A stretch of DNA of 64,000 bases from Eledone cirrhosa (GCA_964016885.1 OZ024741.1:272614001-272678000), one strand, 5' to 3'; positions 28,911-43,503 are shown, counted from the stretch's first letter. Numbers and translations: made by a program. Notes: a model not told the origin generated them from the sequence alone.

Positions 28911-31271
28911 ATGGGTAATATCTATCCTACGAGGTTACCCTTTAGTAAAAGAGTTTGCATACCACAGCAAATAGATGACGAGACGGAGGCACAGTTCACC
29001 ATAGCTAGAAATAAGATTAGACAAGTAGTAGACAGGTACACTATGAGACAGAGCAGACCAGAGGCCCAACAACTTGGGATAAAACCTGTAGAAGGCTTGG
29101 TTAGCCTCAAGCAGCGCACAAGGGATGGTGAGGTAGTGTGTCTACCCACAGATATGTCTGGTAGGATGTCAATAGATAGCATGCCGAACTACATCGAGGC
29201 AATGCAACCCCACATCACCAACACGAGCGAAGTTGCACAACTAACACACGATGGGAGAGAAAAAATCCTCAACGCTCACATGATGATGTGGACTGACATC
29301 CTAAAGCCAAGCAGACGCACTGCCAACAACTTCCAGGCGTCTAACAATGGCATACCACCCTTGTATGGGCTCCGCAAAGACCACAAGACAGTCGACGACC
29401 CGACAACAGGACCACCAACAAGACCCGTATGCGGAGCTAATATAGCTAGCAACTACAGGATCTCCTACTTCCTCTCAATGGTTATACGCCCCATAATCAA
29501 GATGTCCCCAGATGTATGTGAAAGTACAGAGGACCTCCTCAGCAGAATCAGTGAGTGCAACAAAAACAGGAGCCTATCCAACTGCATAATAGGCAGCATG
29601 GATGTGGTGTCACTGTACCCATCCATTAACATTGATTTTGCTGTGAAAAGATGTGTGGAGATGATCATTGAGAGTGAGGTGGAGTTCTGCGACGTCGGCA
29701 CAGACGAACTGGGCCTCCTACTTAGACTTACCTACGACACTGACTACCTAGACAGCCATGACCTTAGATGTTTCTGCCCTAGTAGACCTATAAGAGGTAG
29801 ACCCCCCACCATAACCTCAATGGCTAAAAAGACTCCCATAGGAAGGTGGATTGGGTGGACCAAAGCTATACGGACCCCCCAAAACACTGATCAGGTAAGA
29901 AAAATGGTCGCACATGCAATAGGGGCTAGTATCAAAACTACCCTAAAGGGCCACATATTTAAGTTCAATGAGAAAATCTACACCCAAAATGAGGGAGCAG
30001 CCATCGGCGTCAGCATAGCTGGTGATGTTGCCAACCTTTTCATGGTATGGTGGGAAAGGAGACTTAAAGATCTCCTTAATGAAAGCTCCATAGACCTCAT
30101 CATGTACTCTCGTTATGTAGACGATATCAATATAGTTATAAGAACACCCCCACTAGAGAGCACTAACAAGTTTGATTTAGAACGTAGCACGATGGAAAGC
30201 ATCCAGCAGATAGCTAATTCCATACACCAGAGTATAACTGTAACTATAGACTTCCCTTCCAAACACCCTAACAATAGACTACCTGTATTAGACACAGAAC
30301 TCTGGATTAACACTATAGACGAGAGAGCCCAAATTCTCCACTCACACTATGCTAAACCCATGGCCTCCAAATACCTGATACTCAAAAACTCAGCAATGTC
30401 CAGTAGTGCTAAGTTTAATATTCTGATCGCAGATTTGGTACGAGTGATGAAGAATGTGTCCAGCATGTGCGACCCAACAGAAATGGAAGGACACATCCAA
30501 CACTTCATCAACCGCATGCAGTTCTCTGGCTACAACCAAAGAGACAGAGTCAGAGTATACGAAGGAGCCATGGAAAAGTATAAGACCCTCATAGAACTGG
30601 ACATGAAAGGAACTTGCCCACTATACAGGAGAAAATCATGGAATAGCTTAGATAGGGCTAGACATAAGATAGGGAAGGCCACATCATGGTACGACAACCA
30701 GAGATACCAGAGTGTCATGTTTGTGCACGCCACCCCTGGAGGGAAATTAGCTAACCAGTGTAGAAAGGCCCTGAGAAAGACCCACTTAAAAATAAAGGTG
30801 GTAGAAAAGCCAGGAACCACCATAAAATCCCTGATCAGCAAAACCTACCCTTTTAAGAAAACCCACTGTACCAATAGGAAATGTATCATATGTAAGGTGA
30901 ACCCCCGGATAAACTGTAAAACTAGAAACGTAGTCTATAGCATAAGATGTACAGAGGGTACTTGCAGAAACACGACAACAACATACATAGGTGAGACAGC
31001 TCGTAGCATAGGTGAAAGGATAGACCAACACTGGGGGGAACTAAAAGGACGAAAAAACGGGTCAGTACTATACGAACATGCTAGACAACAACATGACGGT
31101 AACATAGACAACATAGAAATTAGAATAATATCTAAACATAGGAATGACCCAGCAGATAGGCAAATCAGAGAGGCCAGTGAAATAGAAATTAGAAGACCAA
31201 AGCTAAACAGAAAGAATGAGTGGAACAACAACAACACCCAAACAAACAACACTGACCTAAGAGAAGTATAA
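28911..31271 (+). CDS. PLE reverse transcriptase / GIY-YIG endonuclease polyprotein (Neptune/Nematis-like; clade uncertain)
   Basis: LYGLRKDHK, RPVC, SMDVVSLYPSI, GAAIG, RYVDD, LPVLD; Cx4Cx2C linker; VVY..YIGETAR..ERIDQH..H..H..E..LN; frame stays open upstream to about 28812. Confidence 0.9.
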   Translation: MGNIYPTRLPFSKRVCIPQQIDDETEAQFTIARNKIRQVVDRYTMRQSRPEAQQLGIKPVEGLVSLKQRTRDGEVVCLPTDMSGRMSIDSMPNYIEAMQPHITNTSEVAQLTHDGREKILNAHMMMWTDILKPSRRTANNFQASNNGIPPLYGLRKDHKTVDDPTTGPPTRPVCGANIASNYRISYFLSMVIRPIIKMSPDVCESTEDLLSRISECNKNRSLSNCIIGSMDVVSLYPSINIDFAVKRCVEMIIESEVEFCDVGTDELGLLLRLTYDTDYLDSHDLRCFCPSRPIRGRPPTITSMAKKTPIGRWIGWTKAIRTPQNTDQVRKMVAHAIGASIKTTLKGHIFKFNEKIYTQNEGAAIGVSIAGDVANLFMVWWERRLKDLLNESSIDLIMYSRYVDDINIVIRTPPLESTNKFDLERSTMESIQQIANSIHQSITVTIDFPSKHPNNRLPVLDTELWINTIDERAQILHSHYAKPMASKYLILKNSAMSSSAKFNILIADLVRVMKNVSSMCDPTEMEGHIQHFINRMQFSGYNQRDRVRVYEGAMEKYKTLIELDMKGTCPLYRRKSWNSLDRARHKIGKATSWYDNQRYQSVMFVHATPGGKLANQCRKALRKTHLKIKVVEKPGTTIKSLISKTYPFKKTHCTNRKCIICKVNPRINCKTRNVVYSIRCTEGTCRNTTTTYIGETARSIGERIDQHWGELKGRKNGSVLYEHARQQHDGNIDNIEIRIISKHRNDPADRQIREASEIEIRRPKLNRKNEWNNNNTQTNNTDLREV

Positions 31272-31530
31272 ATAAATAAGTAAATTAAATTAAATAAAAT
31301 AAGATAAATAAATACATACACAAGCACATAAACACACACTAGTCACCCAGCAGACACAACACTATACACACTAGCCACACATCACACATAACACTATACA
31401 CACACGCAAACGCATGCGCAAAGAAGACAAAATAAAATAAGATAAACAAACAAGCAAATAAATAAATAAACATACAAAAAAAAAAAATGGCGTAGACATA
31501 CAACACAACAGGAGGAACAATGAATATAAC

Positions 31531-31572
31531 ACCACTGACGATGTTGCAGATGTGCAACGAAAGATTTATGTA
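31531..31572 (+). ncRNA. Hammerhead core in PLE 3' region (stem I weak)
   Basis: CTGACGA-t-GTTGCA gatg TGCAAC-GAAA-GATT-TA. Confidence 0.55.
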
Positions 31573-31876
31573 AATTATGTAAACTATATATATATGTGTT
31601 TGTCTATATTGTATCTGTATTATTTTTGACCGCCGGTCAGTCAATGGCAACATTGAGGACCGAGTAAGTTAGATCGCAGATATATATATATAAAAGACAG
31701 CGAGAAGCGAAAACCAACCAAACAGTGAGTGTGTTCTGTTATTAATTCTGGCAATATTACGCAAATATGACCCTCCCCAAATATAACAATATATATATAT
31801 ATATTTATATATATATATATTTACATATAGATATATATATTTATTTATATACATATTTATATATATTTATTTATAC

Positions 31877-31910
<34 letters not shown>

Positions 31911-31959
31911 ATTTATATATATATATTTATATATATGTATATTTATATATATATATATT

Positions 31960-31994
<35 letters not shown>

Positions 31995-32015
31995 TATTAT
32001 TTATATATATATATT

Positions 32016-32051
<36 letters not shown>

Positions 32052-32087
32052 ATTATTTATATATATATATATATATATTTATATATT

Positions 32088-32118
<31 letters not shown>

Positions 32119-32615
32119 ATTTATATATATATATATTTTTATATATTTATATATATATATATTTATATATATATTCATATATATATATATTTATATATAT
32201 TTATATATATTTATATTTATATATATATATTTATATATTTATATATATTTATATATATATATATTTATATTTATATATATATATTTATATATTTATATAT
32301 ATATATATATTTATATATATATAAAAACAAATAACGATACGAAATTAAATTTCGTTTCGTTTGTAACTCACTTTTGTATGACTGACGCTTAAACAATTAA
32401 GTTAAAAATGTACATCCACATATGTATACTGAAATACTAGTATGCATATGAATACACACACGTGTACATATGTAGATGTACCGAGTTTTTCACTGGACAC
32501 TTTACTGTGAGTGTCCAGCTATTCTGTATGTAAACACACAGACAAACCGGTTTTTAGAGTCATACTGGTTTTCGAGGAAACACCTTTCCTCTATTCTCCA
32601 GAAAGCCAGACAAGG

Positions 32616-32660
32616 AATATTGGACTAGTTTCGATGTTGTTACATCTCATCAGCAATATT
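32616..32660 (-). ncRNA. Type I hammerhead ribozyme (R1 copy 1)
   Basis: Reverse complement of 32967-33011. Confidence 0.9.
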
Positions 32661-32966
32661 TACCTATCTTCCGGCCTTTCTAGAGAATCGTAAAAGCACA
32701 TATCGTTATATGCTTTTTCTATGAAAATTAGTAGTGGGCAGACTAATTTGCATAGAGCGTGAGTACATACCGGTTCAGCGGAGACGATAAAAACAAATAA
32801 CGATACGAAATTAAATTTCGTTTCGTTTGTAACTCACTTTTGTATGACTGACGCTTAAACAATTAAGTTAAAAATGCAAATTAGTCTGCCCACTACTAAT
32901 TTTCATAGAAAAAGCATATAACGATATGTGCTTTTACGATTCTCTAGAAAGGCCGGAAGATAGGTA

Positions 32967-33011
32967 AATATTGCTGATGAGATGTAACAACATCGAAACT
33001 AGTCCAATATT
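32967..33011 (+). ncRNA. Type I hammerhead ribozyme (R1 copy 2)
   Basis: AATATTG-CTGATGA-GATG taacaa CATC-GAAA-CTAG-TC-CAATATT; GUC site, predicted cut after 33004. Confidence 0.92.
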
Positions 33012-33432
33012 CCTTGTCTGGCTTTCTGGAGAATAGAGGAAAGGTGTTTCCTCGAAAACCAGTATGACTCTAAAAACCGGTTTGTCTGTGTGTTTACATA
33101 CAGAATAGCTGGACACTCACAGTAAAGTGTCCAGTGAAAAACTCGGTACATCTACATATGTACACGTGTGTGTATTCATATGCATACTAGTATTTCAGTA
33201 TACATATGTGGATGTACATTTTTAACTTAATTGTTTAAGCGTCAGTCATACAAAAGTGAGTTACAAACGAAACGAAATTTAATTTCGTATCGTTATTTGT
33301 TTTTATCGTCTCCGCTGAACCGGTATGTACTCACGCTCTATGCAAATTAGTCTGCCCACTACTAATTTTCATAGAAAAAGCATATAACGATATGTGCTTT
33401 TACGATTCTCTAGAAAGGCCGGAAGATAGGTA

Positions 33433-33477
33433 AATATTGCTGATGAGATGTAACAACATCGAAACTAGTCCAATATT
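33433..33477 (+). ncRNA. Type I hammerhead ribozyme (R1 copy 3)
   Basis: Identical to 32967-33011; predicted cut after 33470. Confidence 0.92.
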
Positions 33478-34377
33478 CCTTGTCTGGCTTTCTGGAGAAT
33501 AGAGGAAAGGTGTTTCCTCGAAAACCAGTATGACTCTAAAAACCGGTTTGTCTGTGTGTTTACATACAGAATAGCTGGACACTCACAGTAAAGTGTCCAG
33601 TGAAAAACTCGGTACATCTACATATGTACACGTGTGTGTATTCATATGCATACTAGTATTTCAGTATACATATGTGGATGTACATTTTTAACTTAATCAT
33701 ATATATATATATTTATATATATTTATATATATATATATTTATATATATTTATATATATATATATTTATATATATTTATATATATATATATTTATATATAT
33801 TTATATATATATATATTTATATATATTTATATATATATATATTTATATTTATATATATATATATATATATATTTATACAATTATATATATATTTAAATAT
33901 ATATATTTATATAATTATATATATATTTAAATATATATATTTATATATATATATATATATTTATATAATTATATATATATATATTTATATATATATATAT
34001 TTATATATATATATATTTATATATATTTATATATATATATATTTATATTTATATATATATATTATTATTTATATATATATATATATATATTATTATTTAT
34101 ATATATATATATATTTATATATATATTTATATATATATATTATTATTTATAGAGCAACTATCACGGACTCTCTATCTCAAAATTATTTTTGAAAAGCATT
34201 TAGAAATGCGCAACTGGTAAAACTTAAAACCAAAACTGAATACTAACCCATACAATTACTAATTCTCATTTATTCCTAAATAAACTATTTTTCACTGTGA
34301 ACAATTTGTCAGCATTTTCTATTCCGTTTACCATTAAATAATAACTTGTGTGTTACACCTCTATTCTTTTACCTATT

Positions 34378-34444
<67 letters not shown>

Positions 34445-34502
34445 ATATTTATATATATATAAATATATATATATATAAATATATATTTATATATATATAA
34501 AT

Positions 34503-34536
<34 letters not shown>

Positions 34537-34568
34537 TTATATATAAATATATATATATATAAATAAAT

Positions 34569-34623
<55 letters not shown>

Positions 34624-34698
34624 TATATATATAAATATATATATATATAAATATATATATATATAAATATATATATATAAATATATATATATATAAAT

Positions 34699-34731
<33 letters not shown>

Positions 34732-34742
34732 AATATATATAA

Positions 34743-34921
<179 letters not shown>

Positions 34922-35072
34922 TATATATATAAATATATATAAATATATATATATAAATATATATATATAAATATATATAAATATATATATATAAATATAT
35001 ATATATATAAATATATAAATATATATATACAATATTAAATAAATGGAAACTATATTTATAAAACCATATTTA

Positions 35073-35134
35073 TTTCATTATATATATTTCAGGGATATCA
35101 TATTAACAATATGCTATGCCTTCCTCAGACAAAA
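35073..35134 (-). ncRNA. Type I hammerhead motif
   Basis: Reverse complement of 38301-38362. Confidence 0.7.
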
Positions 35135-36531
35135 TACAATATAAACAGTTTTATAGATAAATAGATTTGACATACCGTAACAACATCGACTTGTATTTGA
35201 AAAGTTGAATTGGCAGTGAAAAAATTGTACACAGAGAGAAAGAAAGAGAGAAAAAAAGGAAAGAAAGACAGAAAACGAAGAAAAAGAAGAAAAAAAGAAG
35301 AAATGCATGGAACAAAATAGAGGGATGGAAAGATAGATAAAGAGAAGAACTTCATGTAAAGAAACAGAGATATATATATATATATATACAGATATAGAGA
35401 GAGGAAATAGAGATAGATATATATATATAGAAAACTAGGTAGTGGGACGTCCGTTGAGTAAACGTATCAATGATACATTTATTTATTTATTTATTTATTT
35501 ATTTAGCTCTAGTATTAATATAAGGGAGATATATGTGGTTAGGAGAGAAACCAGCTGCTATATAGAGAGAAAAATTAAAAATAACCAGACATAGGCGAGG
35601 CATAAAAACCCTATGTTTTAATGTAGAGGTATTAGTATGTATAAAAACCAGCCACTATATTGTAAATATCAGTATTCCTGAATGAGACATGTATCCATAA
35701 TGTGTGAAAAGTAATGATCTTATGTTTAGTTTTTTTTTAAAAATTCATATGTTTATGTGATAACTACAAACATCTATGTGAATTTACATGATCAACTCTG
35801 CAAACCCTAAGTTCACGGAAAACATTCTCATTGTGCTATAAAAATTTAAGTATACATATATGTGTATATATATATACACACAAATATATATAGAGTCAAT
35901 ATTACTACTATTCCTGTCTTTACTCTACAAGATTATCTATCAAGCAGAAATAGAGAGCAGATTTCAATATACTAACAAAAATATATATCAGAAACAAAAC
36001 CAAAAAATAACAATAATAATAATAATAAGTAATAATAAAATAGAAAACTAAAAAATATTACGAAAGAATATTACATATTAAAAATATTACATATTAAAAA
36101 TATTAAAAATAAAAATATTAGAAAATACTACAATAATAAAAATAAACCACAAAGATCAACCCTTCAAAATTAATTGACAATATATTGCCAAGTTCATTAT
36201 AAGCATCAGAGTCGAAAAACAGATAAAGCTAAAAATTATTTATCAAATCGCATCTAGCCAAGATCATTTCAAAAAGTTTAGGATGCCCATTTGGTCTACA
36301 TGTGTTCCTATATTTAATATAGAAGTTTATCTAGTGTAACGTTTATTCGAAATATTTGGAGCATCAACTTTTAGGGTAGCTTAATTTTTCATGAAGAATG
36401 TTTAAATAAAAATAAAAATAAAAATAAAAATAAAAAATAAAAATAAAATAAAAAATAAAAAGAAAATATAGTATAAAAATATAGTATAAAAATATAGTAT
36501 AAAAATATAGTATAAAAATATAGTATAAAAA

Positions 36532-36904
36532 TATAGTATACAATTGTAATGTTAAAATTGACTCTAATTCTTTTAACTACGTCGGTTCCACATCGACCGA
36601 ATTTAAACTTCGCTATAATAACCACAAGAATTCTTTCACAGATCCAAGCAAAAAATCTTCAACGGCACTATCAGGCGTACTCTGGCAACTTAAGCTAGAT
36701 AACGTTAGATATTCGACGGCTTGGAATATTGTCTCAAGAGGGATTCCTTTTAATTCATCCTCTGAGACATGTGACCTCTGCGCAGAGGAGATATTCTTTA
36801 TACTAAAATCTAAAAATTCCCTTAATCTACGGACAAATTTATTCAGTTGCTGCAAACATAGATTAAACTCAACGTTTAAATATAAATTTAAATTTAAAAT
36901 GTAG
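36532..36904 (+). pseudogene. PLE GIY-YIG endonuclease fragment
   Basis: Manual translation IVYNCNVKIDSNSFNYVGSTSTEFKLRYNNHKNSF...STALSGVLWQLK...TCDLCAEE...SCCKHR. Confidence 0.82.
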
Positions 36905-38300
36905 TATATTTAGTTTGATTTATAATTATATGGGAAACTAGCCGATAAATCTTTCGATTTCTTCTTTTTATTCTTTTTATTTTTTATTTTATTTTTATTT
37001 TTTATTTTTATTTTTATTTTTATTTTTATTTAAACATTCTTCATGAAAAATTAAGCTACCCTAAAAGTTGATGCTCCAAATATTTCGAATAAACGTTACA
37101 CTAGATAAACTTCTATATTAAATATAGGAACACATGTAGACCAAATGGGCATCCTAAACTTTTTGAAATGATCTTGGCTAGATGCGATTTGATAAATAAT
37201 TTTTAGCTTTATCTGTTTTTCGACTCTGATGCTTATAATGAACTTGGCAATATATTGTCAATTAATTTTGAAGGGTTGATCTTTGTGGTTTATTTTTATT
37301 ATTGTAGTATTTTCTAATATTTTTATTTTTAATATTTTTAATATGTAATATTTTTAATATGTAATATTCTTTCGTAATATTTTTTAGTTTTCTATTTTAT
37401 TATTACTTATTATTATTATTATTGTTATTTTTTGGTTTTGTTTCTGATATATATTTTTGTTAGTATATTGAAATCTGCTCTCTATTTCTGCTTGATAGAT
37501 AATCTTGTAGAGTAAAGACAGGAATAGTAGTAATATTGACTCTATATATATTTGTGTGTATATATATATACACATATATGTATACTTAAATTTTTATAGC
37601 ACAATGAGAATGTTTTCCGTGAACTTAGGGTTTGCAGAGTTGATCATGTAAATTCACATAGATGTTTGTAGTTATCACATAAACATATGAATTTTTAAAA
37701 AAAAACTAAACATAAGATCATTACTTTTCACACATTATGGATACATGTCTCATTCAGGAATACTGATATTTACAATATAGTGGCTGGTTTTTATACATAC
37801 TAATACCTCTACATTAAAACATAGGGTTTTTATGCCTCGCCTATGTCTGGTTATTTTTAATTTTTCTCTCTATATAGCAGCTGGTTTCTCTCCTAACCAC
37901 ATATATCTCCCTTATATTAATACTAGAGCTAAATAAATAAATAAATAAATAAATAAATGTATCATTGATACGTTTACTCAACGGACGTCCCACTACCTAG
38001 TTTTCTATATATATATATCTATCTCTATTTCCTCTCTCTATATCTGTATATATATATATATATATCTCTGTTTCTTTACATGAAGTTCTTCTCTTTATCT
38101 ATCTTTCCATCCCTCTATTTTGTTCCATGCATTTCTTCTTTTTTTCTTCTTTTTCTTCGTTTTCTGTCTTTCTTTCCTTTTTTTCTCTCTTTCTTTCTCT
38201 CTGTGTACAATTTTTTCACTGCCAATTCAACTTTTCAAATACAAGTCGATGTTGTTACGGTATGTCAAATCTATTTATCTATAAAACTGTTTATATTGTA

Positions 38301-38362
38301 TTTTGTCTGAGGAAGGCATAGCATATTGTTAATATGATATCCCTGAAATATATATAATGAAA
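38301..38362 (+). ncRNA. Type I hammerhead motif
   Basis: TTTTGT-CTGAGGA-AGG..CATATT gtt AATATG..CCT-GAAA-TATATA-TA-ATGAAA. Confidence 0.7.
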
Positions 38363-38514
38363 GAAATATGGTTTTATAAATATAGTTTCCATTTATTTAA
38401 TATTGTAAATATACTCCAAATACTTGTCGAGTGCTTTTATATCAGTTATAAATATTTACTAGTTGTAACCCAACAATTTAAATATAACTTTCTATAAATA
38501 TATATATATATATT

Positions 38515-38547
<33 letters not shown>

Positions 38548-38692
38548 ATTTATATATATATATATATATTCATATAAATATATATATATATATTTATATA
38601 TATATATATATATATAAATATATAAATATATATATATATAAATATATATATATATATTTATATATAAATATATATATATATAAATATATATA

Positions 38693-38900
38693 CTGAAGAG
38701 GTCACAGAGTGTGTGACGAAAGGACTATGACTATATATATAAAAACAACTATCTGGTTGTGGAACCAACCAACCAACCAGAAATTTTTAAATTTGTAAAT
38801 TTGTAAATTTATAAATTTATAAATATATAATAAATTGAAGTGAAAGCAACTGGTGCGTGTGTTTCTTATTGGCAACATGACCCTCCCAAAGTATAACAAT
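38693..38900 (+). mobile_element. PLE pseudo-LTR fragment (MTLPKYNN family), begins at the HHR core
   Basis: Homologous to 21757-21946. Confidence 0.75.
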
Positions 38901-38923
38901 ATATATATATATTTATATATATT

Positions 38924-39137
<214 letters not shown>

Positions 39138-39155
39138 AATATAAATATAAATATT

Positions 39156-39237
<82 letters not shown>

Positions 39238-39260
39238 AATATATAAATATATATATATAA

Positions 39261-39357
<97 letters not shown>

Positions 39358-39392
39358 AATATATATATATAAATATATAAATATAAATATAT

Positions 39393-39525
<133 letters not shown>

Positions 39526-39536
39526 TGAATATATAT

Positions 39537-39569
<33 letters not shown>

Positions 39570-39570
39570 A

Positions 39571-39603
<33 letters not shown>

Positions 39604-39640
39604 AATACATATATATATATATAAATACATATATATATAT

Positions 39641-39703
<63 letters not shown>

Positions 39704-39704
39704 A

Positions 39705-39838
<134 letters not shown>

Positions 39839-39841
39839 ATT

Positions 39842-39872
<31 letters not shown>

Positions 39873-39875
39873 ATT

Positions 39876-40018
<143 letters not shown>

Positions 40019-40026
40019 ATATTTAT

Positions 40027-40263
40027 ATTGTTATACTTTGGGAGGGTGATGTTGCCAATAAGAAACACACGCACCAGTTGCTTTCACTTCAATTTAATTT
40101 ATTAAATATTTATAAATTTACAAATTTACAAATTTAATTTATTAAATATTTATAAATTTACAAATTTACAGATTGGCAACATGACCCTCCCAAAGTATAA
40201 CAATATCGGTTTCAACACACGATTTCAGATAAAGAATCTTGCTAAACAAATTCAGAAACGAAA
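40027..40263. mobile_element. Inverted pair of pseudo-LTR fragments (MTLPKYNN family) with 3' tail
   Basis: 40027-40058 inverted relative to 40172-40205; tail 40206-40263 matches the reverse complement of 21551-21608. Confidence 0.75.
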
Positions 40264-40271
40264 TATATATT

Positions 40272-40364
<93 letters not shown>

Positions 40365-40393
40365 ATATATTTATATATACATATATATATATT

Positions 40394-40498
<105 letters not shown>

Positions 40499-40578
40499 AT
40501 ATTTATTTATATATTTATATATATATATTTATATATTTATATATATATATATATATTTATATATTTATATATATATAT

Positions 40579-40627
<49 letters not shown>

Positions 40628-40950
40628 AATATAAATATAAATATGGCTGTCACTGAAATATATATAGCAGTAATAAACGAAGCTAAATTTTAATCATTTG
40701 ACTTTTATTTAACTTTATTTTACACTACTCCGGAGTAACCAAACCAACCTGCGCACTTCGTCGAGTGCTCCAGCCTGCATACTGAGGTGTTGGTATACAA
40801 CCAACATAAACTCAAAATCTATATAAATATATATATAGATATATAAATATATATATATATATATATAGATATATAAATATAAATATATATATATATAGAT
40901 ATATAAATATATATATATATAGAGATATATATATAGATATATAAATATAT

Positions 40951-40983
<33 letters not shown>

Positions 40984-41087
40984 TAAATATATATAAATAT
41001 ATATATATATATAAATACATATAAATATATATATATATATAAATATATATATATATAAATATATATATATATAAATACAAATATATA

Positions 41088-41123
<36 letters not shown>

Positions 41124-41139
41124 AATATATATATATATA

Positions 41140-41171
<32 letters not shown>

Positions 41172-41376
41172 AATATATATATATATAAATATATATATAT
41201 AAATATATATATATATAAATATAAATATATAAATATATATATATATATATATAAATATATATATATATAAATATATATATATAAATATATATATATATAA
41301 ATATATATATAAATATATATATATATAAATATATATATATATAAATATATATATATAAATATATATATATATAAAT

Positions 41377-41407
<31 letters not shown>

Positions 41408-41576
41408 AATATAAATATATAAATATATATATATATATATATAAATATATATATAAATATAAATATAAATATATATAAATATAAATATATAAATATATAT
41501 ATAAATATATATATAAATATATATATATATTTATATATATTTATTTATATATTTATATATTTAAATATATATATAA

Positions 41577-41607
<31 letters not shown>

Positions 41608-41788
41608 AATATGTATATAAGGAATTTATATCTAGTAACATTTATATACACACAGATGCATATCAATGCTAGCAAATATATAGGTTTTGTCTTATTAACA
41701 ATGTGGTTCAATGCATGGGGTTGCAGAACAATAATATGAGAGACGTAAAATAAGAAAATTATAAAATTAACTTACTTACTAAAAAATC

Positions 41789-41871
41789 ACTTCCAACTAA
41801 TTAGTTTCTGGAATGGAGTAAATATATTTTCCGAAGAAACTTATAGAAAATCATTCCGTCATCAGGAAAGT
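41789..41871 (-). ncRNA. Type I hammerhead ribozyme (R2)
   Basis: Reverse complement of 42361-42443. Confidence 0.8.
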
Positions 41872-42360
41872 CTCTTTCCGTATAGGTCTCCAGGCATAGC
41901 GAGGACACTGGAAACTTATTAACAAAATAATTCAGTTGAATGGAAATAGCGATGCGTGGACTGGATTCCAAGCCATTGAGAAATTCACTGCCTCTACGTC
42001 CGTGGCAAATTCAAAAAGAATCAATCACGTGACATCGAGGTCAATCAGTGGAAAGCGAGTGGTTATTAAGACAGCGGCCAGCTTACTACCATAAATTCCT
42101 TATAATTATCTCCAATTCATTTGTCGAGCAATATTTGGCCATGACTGCTACTATGGTAGTAAGCTGGCCGCTGTCTTAATAACCACTCGCTTTCCACTGA
42201 TTGACCTCGATGTCACGTGATTGATTCTTTTTGAATTTGCCAGTGATTTTCTCAATGGCTTGGAATCCAGTCCACGCATCGCTATTTCCATTCCACTGAA
42301 TTATTTTTTTTAATAAGTTTCCAGTGTCCTCGCTATGCCTGGAGACCTATACGGAAAAAG

Positions 42361-42443
42361 ACTTTCCTGATGACGGAATGATTTTCTATAAGTTTCTTCG
42401 GAAAATATATTTACTCCATTCCAGAAACTAATTAGTTGGAAGT
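42361..42443 (+). ncRNA. Type I hammerhead ribozyme (R2)
   Basis: ACTTTC-CTGATGA-cGGAATG...CATTCCa-GAAA-CTAATTAG-TT-GGAAGT. Confidence 0.82.
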
Positions 42444-42494
42444 GATTTTTTAGTAAGTTAATTTTATAATTTTCTTATTTTACGTCTCTCATAA

Positions 42495-42592
<98 letters not shown>

Positions 42593-42616
42593 TTATATAT
42601 ATAAATATATATATAA

Positions 42617-42648
<32 letters not shown>

Positions 42649-42688
42649 ATATTTATATATATATTTATATATTTAAATATATATATAA

Positions 42689-42873
<185 letters not shown>

Positions 42874-43387
42874 TATATACATACATATATATATATATAC
42901 TAAAATAACAGATTAAAGTTTAAGAAAATAGTCTTCAAATTTATTATTATTACATATATATATATATACATATATATATAAATATATATATATATAAATA
43001 TATATATATATAAATATAAATATATAAACATATATATATATATATATATATAAATATATATATAAATATATATATAAATATATATATATATAAATATATA
43101 TATAAATATATATACATATTTATATATATTTATATATATATTTATATATTTAAATATATATATAAATATGTATATATACATATATATATATATAAATATG
43201 TATATATATATATATATATAAATATATATATAAATATAAATATATATTTATATATATTTATATATATATTTATATATATAAATATATATATAAATATATA
43301 TATATATTTATATATATTTATATATATATTTAAATATATATATAAATATGTATATATACATATATATATATATAAATATGTATATAT

Positions 43388-43497
<110 letters not shown>

Positions 43498-43503
43498 CGA
43501 AAC

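Larger units (their letters stand above)
28811..31790 (+). mobile_element. Penelope-like element with RT and C-terminal GIY-YIG, 5'-truncated into (TA)n
   Basis: 786-aa ORF, 3' UTR with HHR core (31531-31572), ends at ATGACCCTCCCCAAATATAACAAT-(AT)n. Confidence 0.9.
32321..33697. mobile_element. Non-coding 466-bp tandem HHR repeat with internal inversion (retrozyme-like family R1)
   Basis: Period 466 (32321/32787; 32967/33433); orientation switches at 32874-32876; three HHRs. Confidence 0.85.
35030..38491. mobile_element. Hydra-type PLE fold-back: 1435-bp inverted arms (35030-36464 / 36971-38405) around a GIY-YIG fragment, plus 3' tail
   Basis: Mirror-image ORF pairs in the track; spacer encodes IVYNC..YVGSTSTEFKLRYNNH..CDLC..LN..CKH on +. 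Confidence 0.9.
41616..42493. mobile_element. Inverted pair of retrozyme-like family R2 units
   Basis: 41735-42092 inverted relative to about 42152-42493; HHRs at 41789 (-) and 42361 (+). Confidence 0.8.

Noticed and set aside
32511-33582. Three identical 60-aa ORFs (MSSYSVCKH...)
   Set aside because: Identity only reflects the 466-bp repeat; GTG start, antisense to the ribozyme, no recognisable domain.
40770-40820. CTGAGG followed by TGTTGGT/ACCAACA hairpin
   Set aside because: Core lacks the conserved GA and GAAA; not called as a ribozyme.
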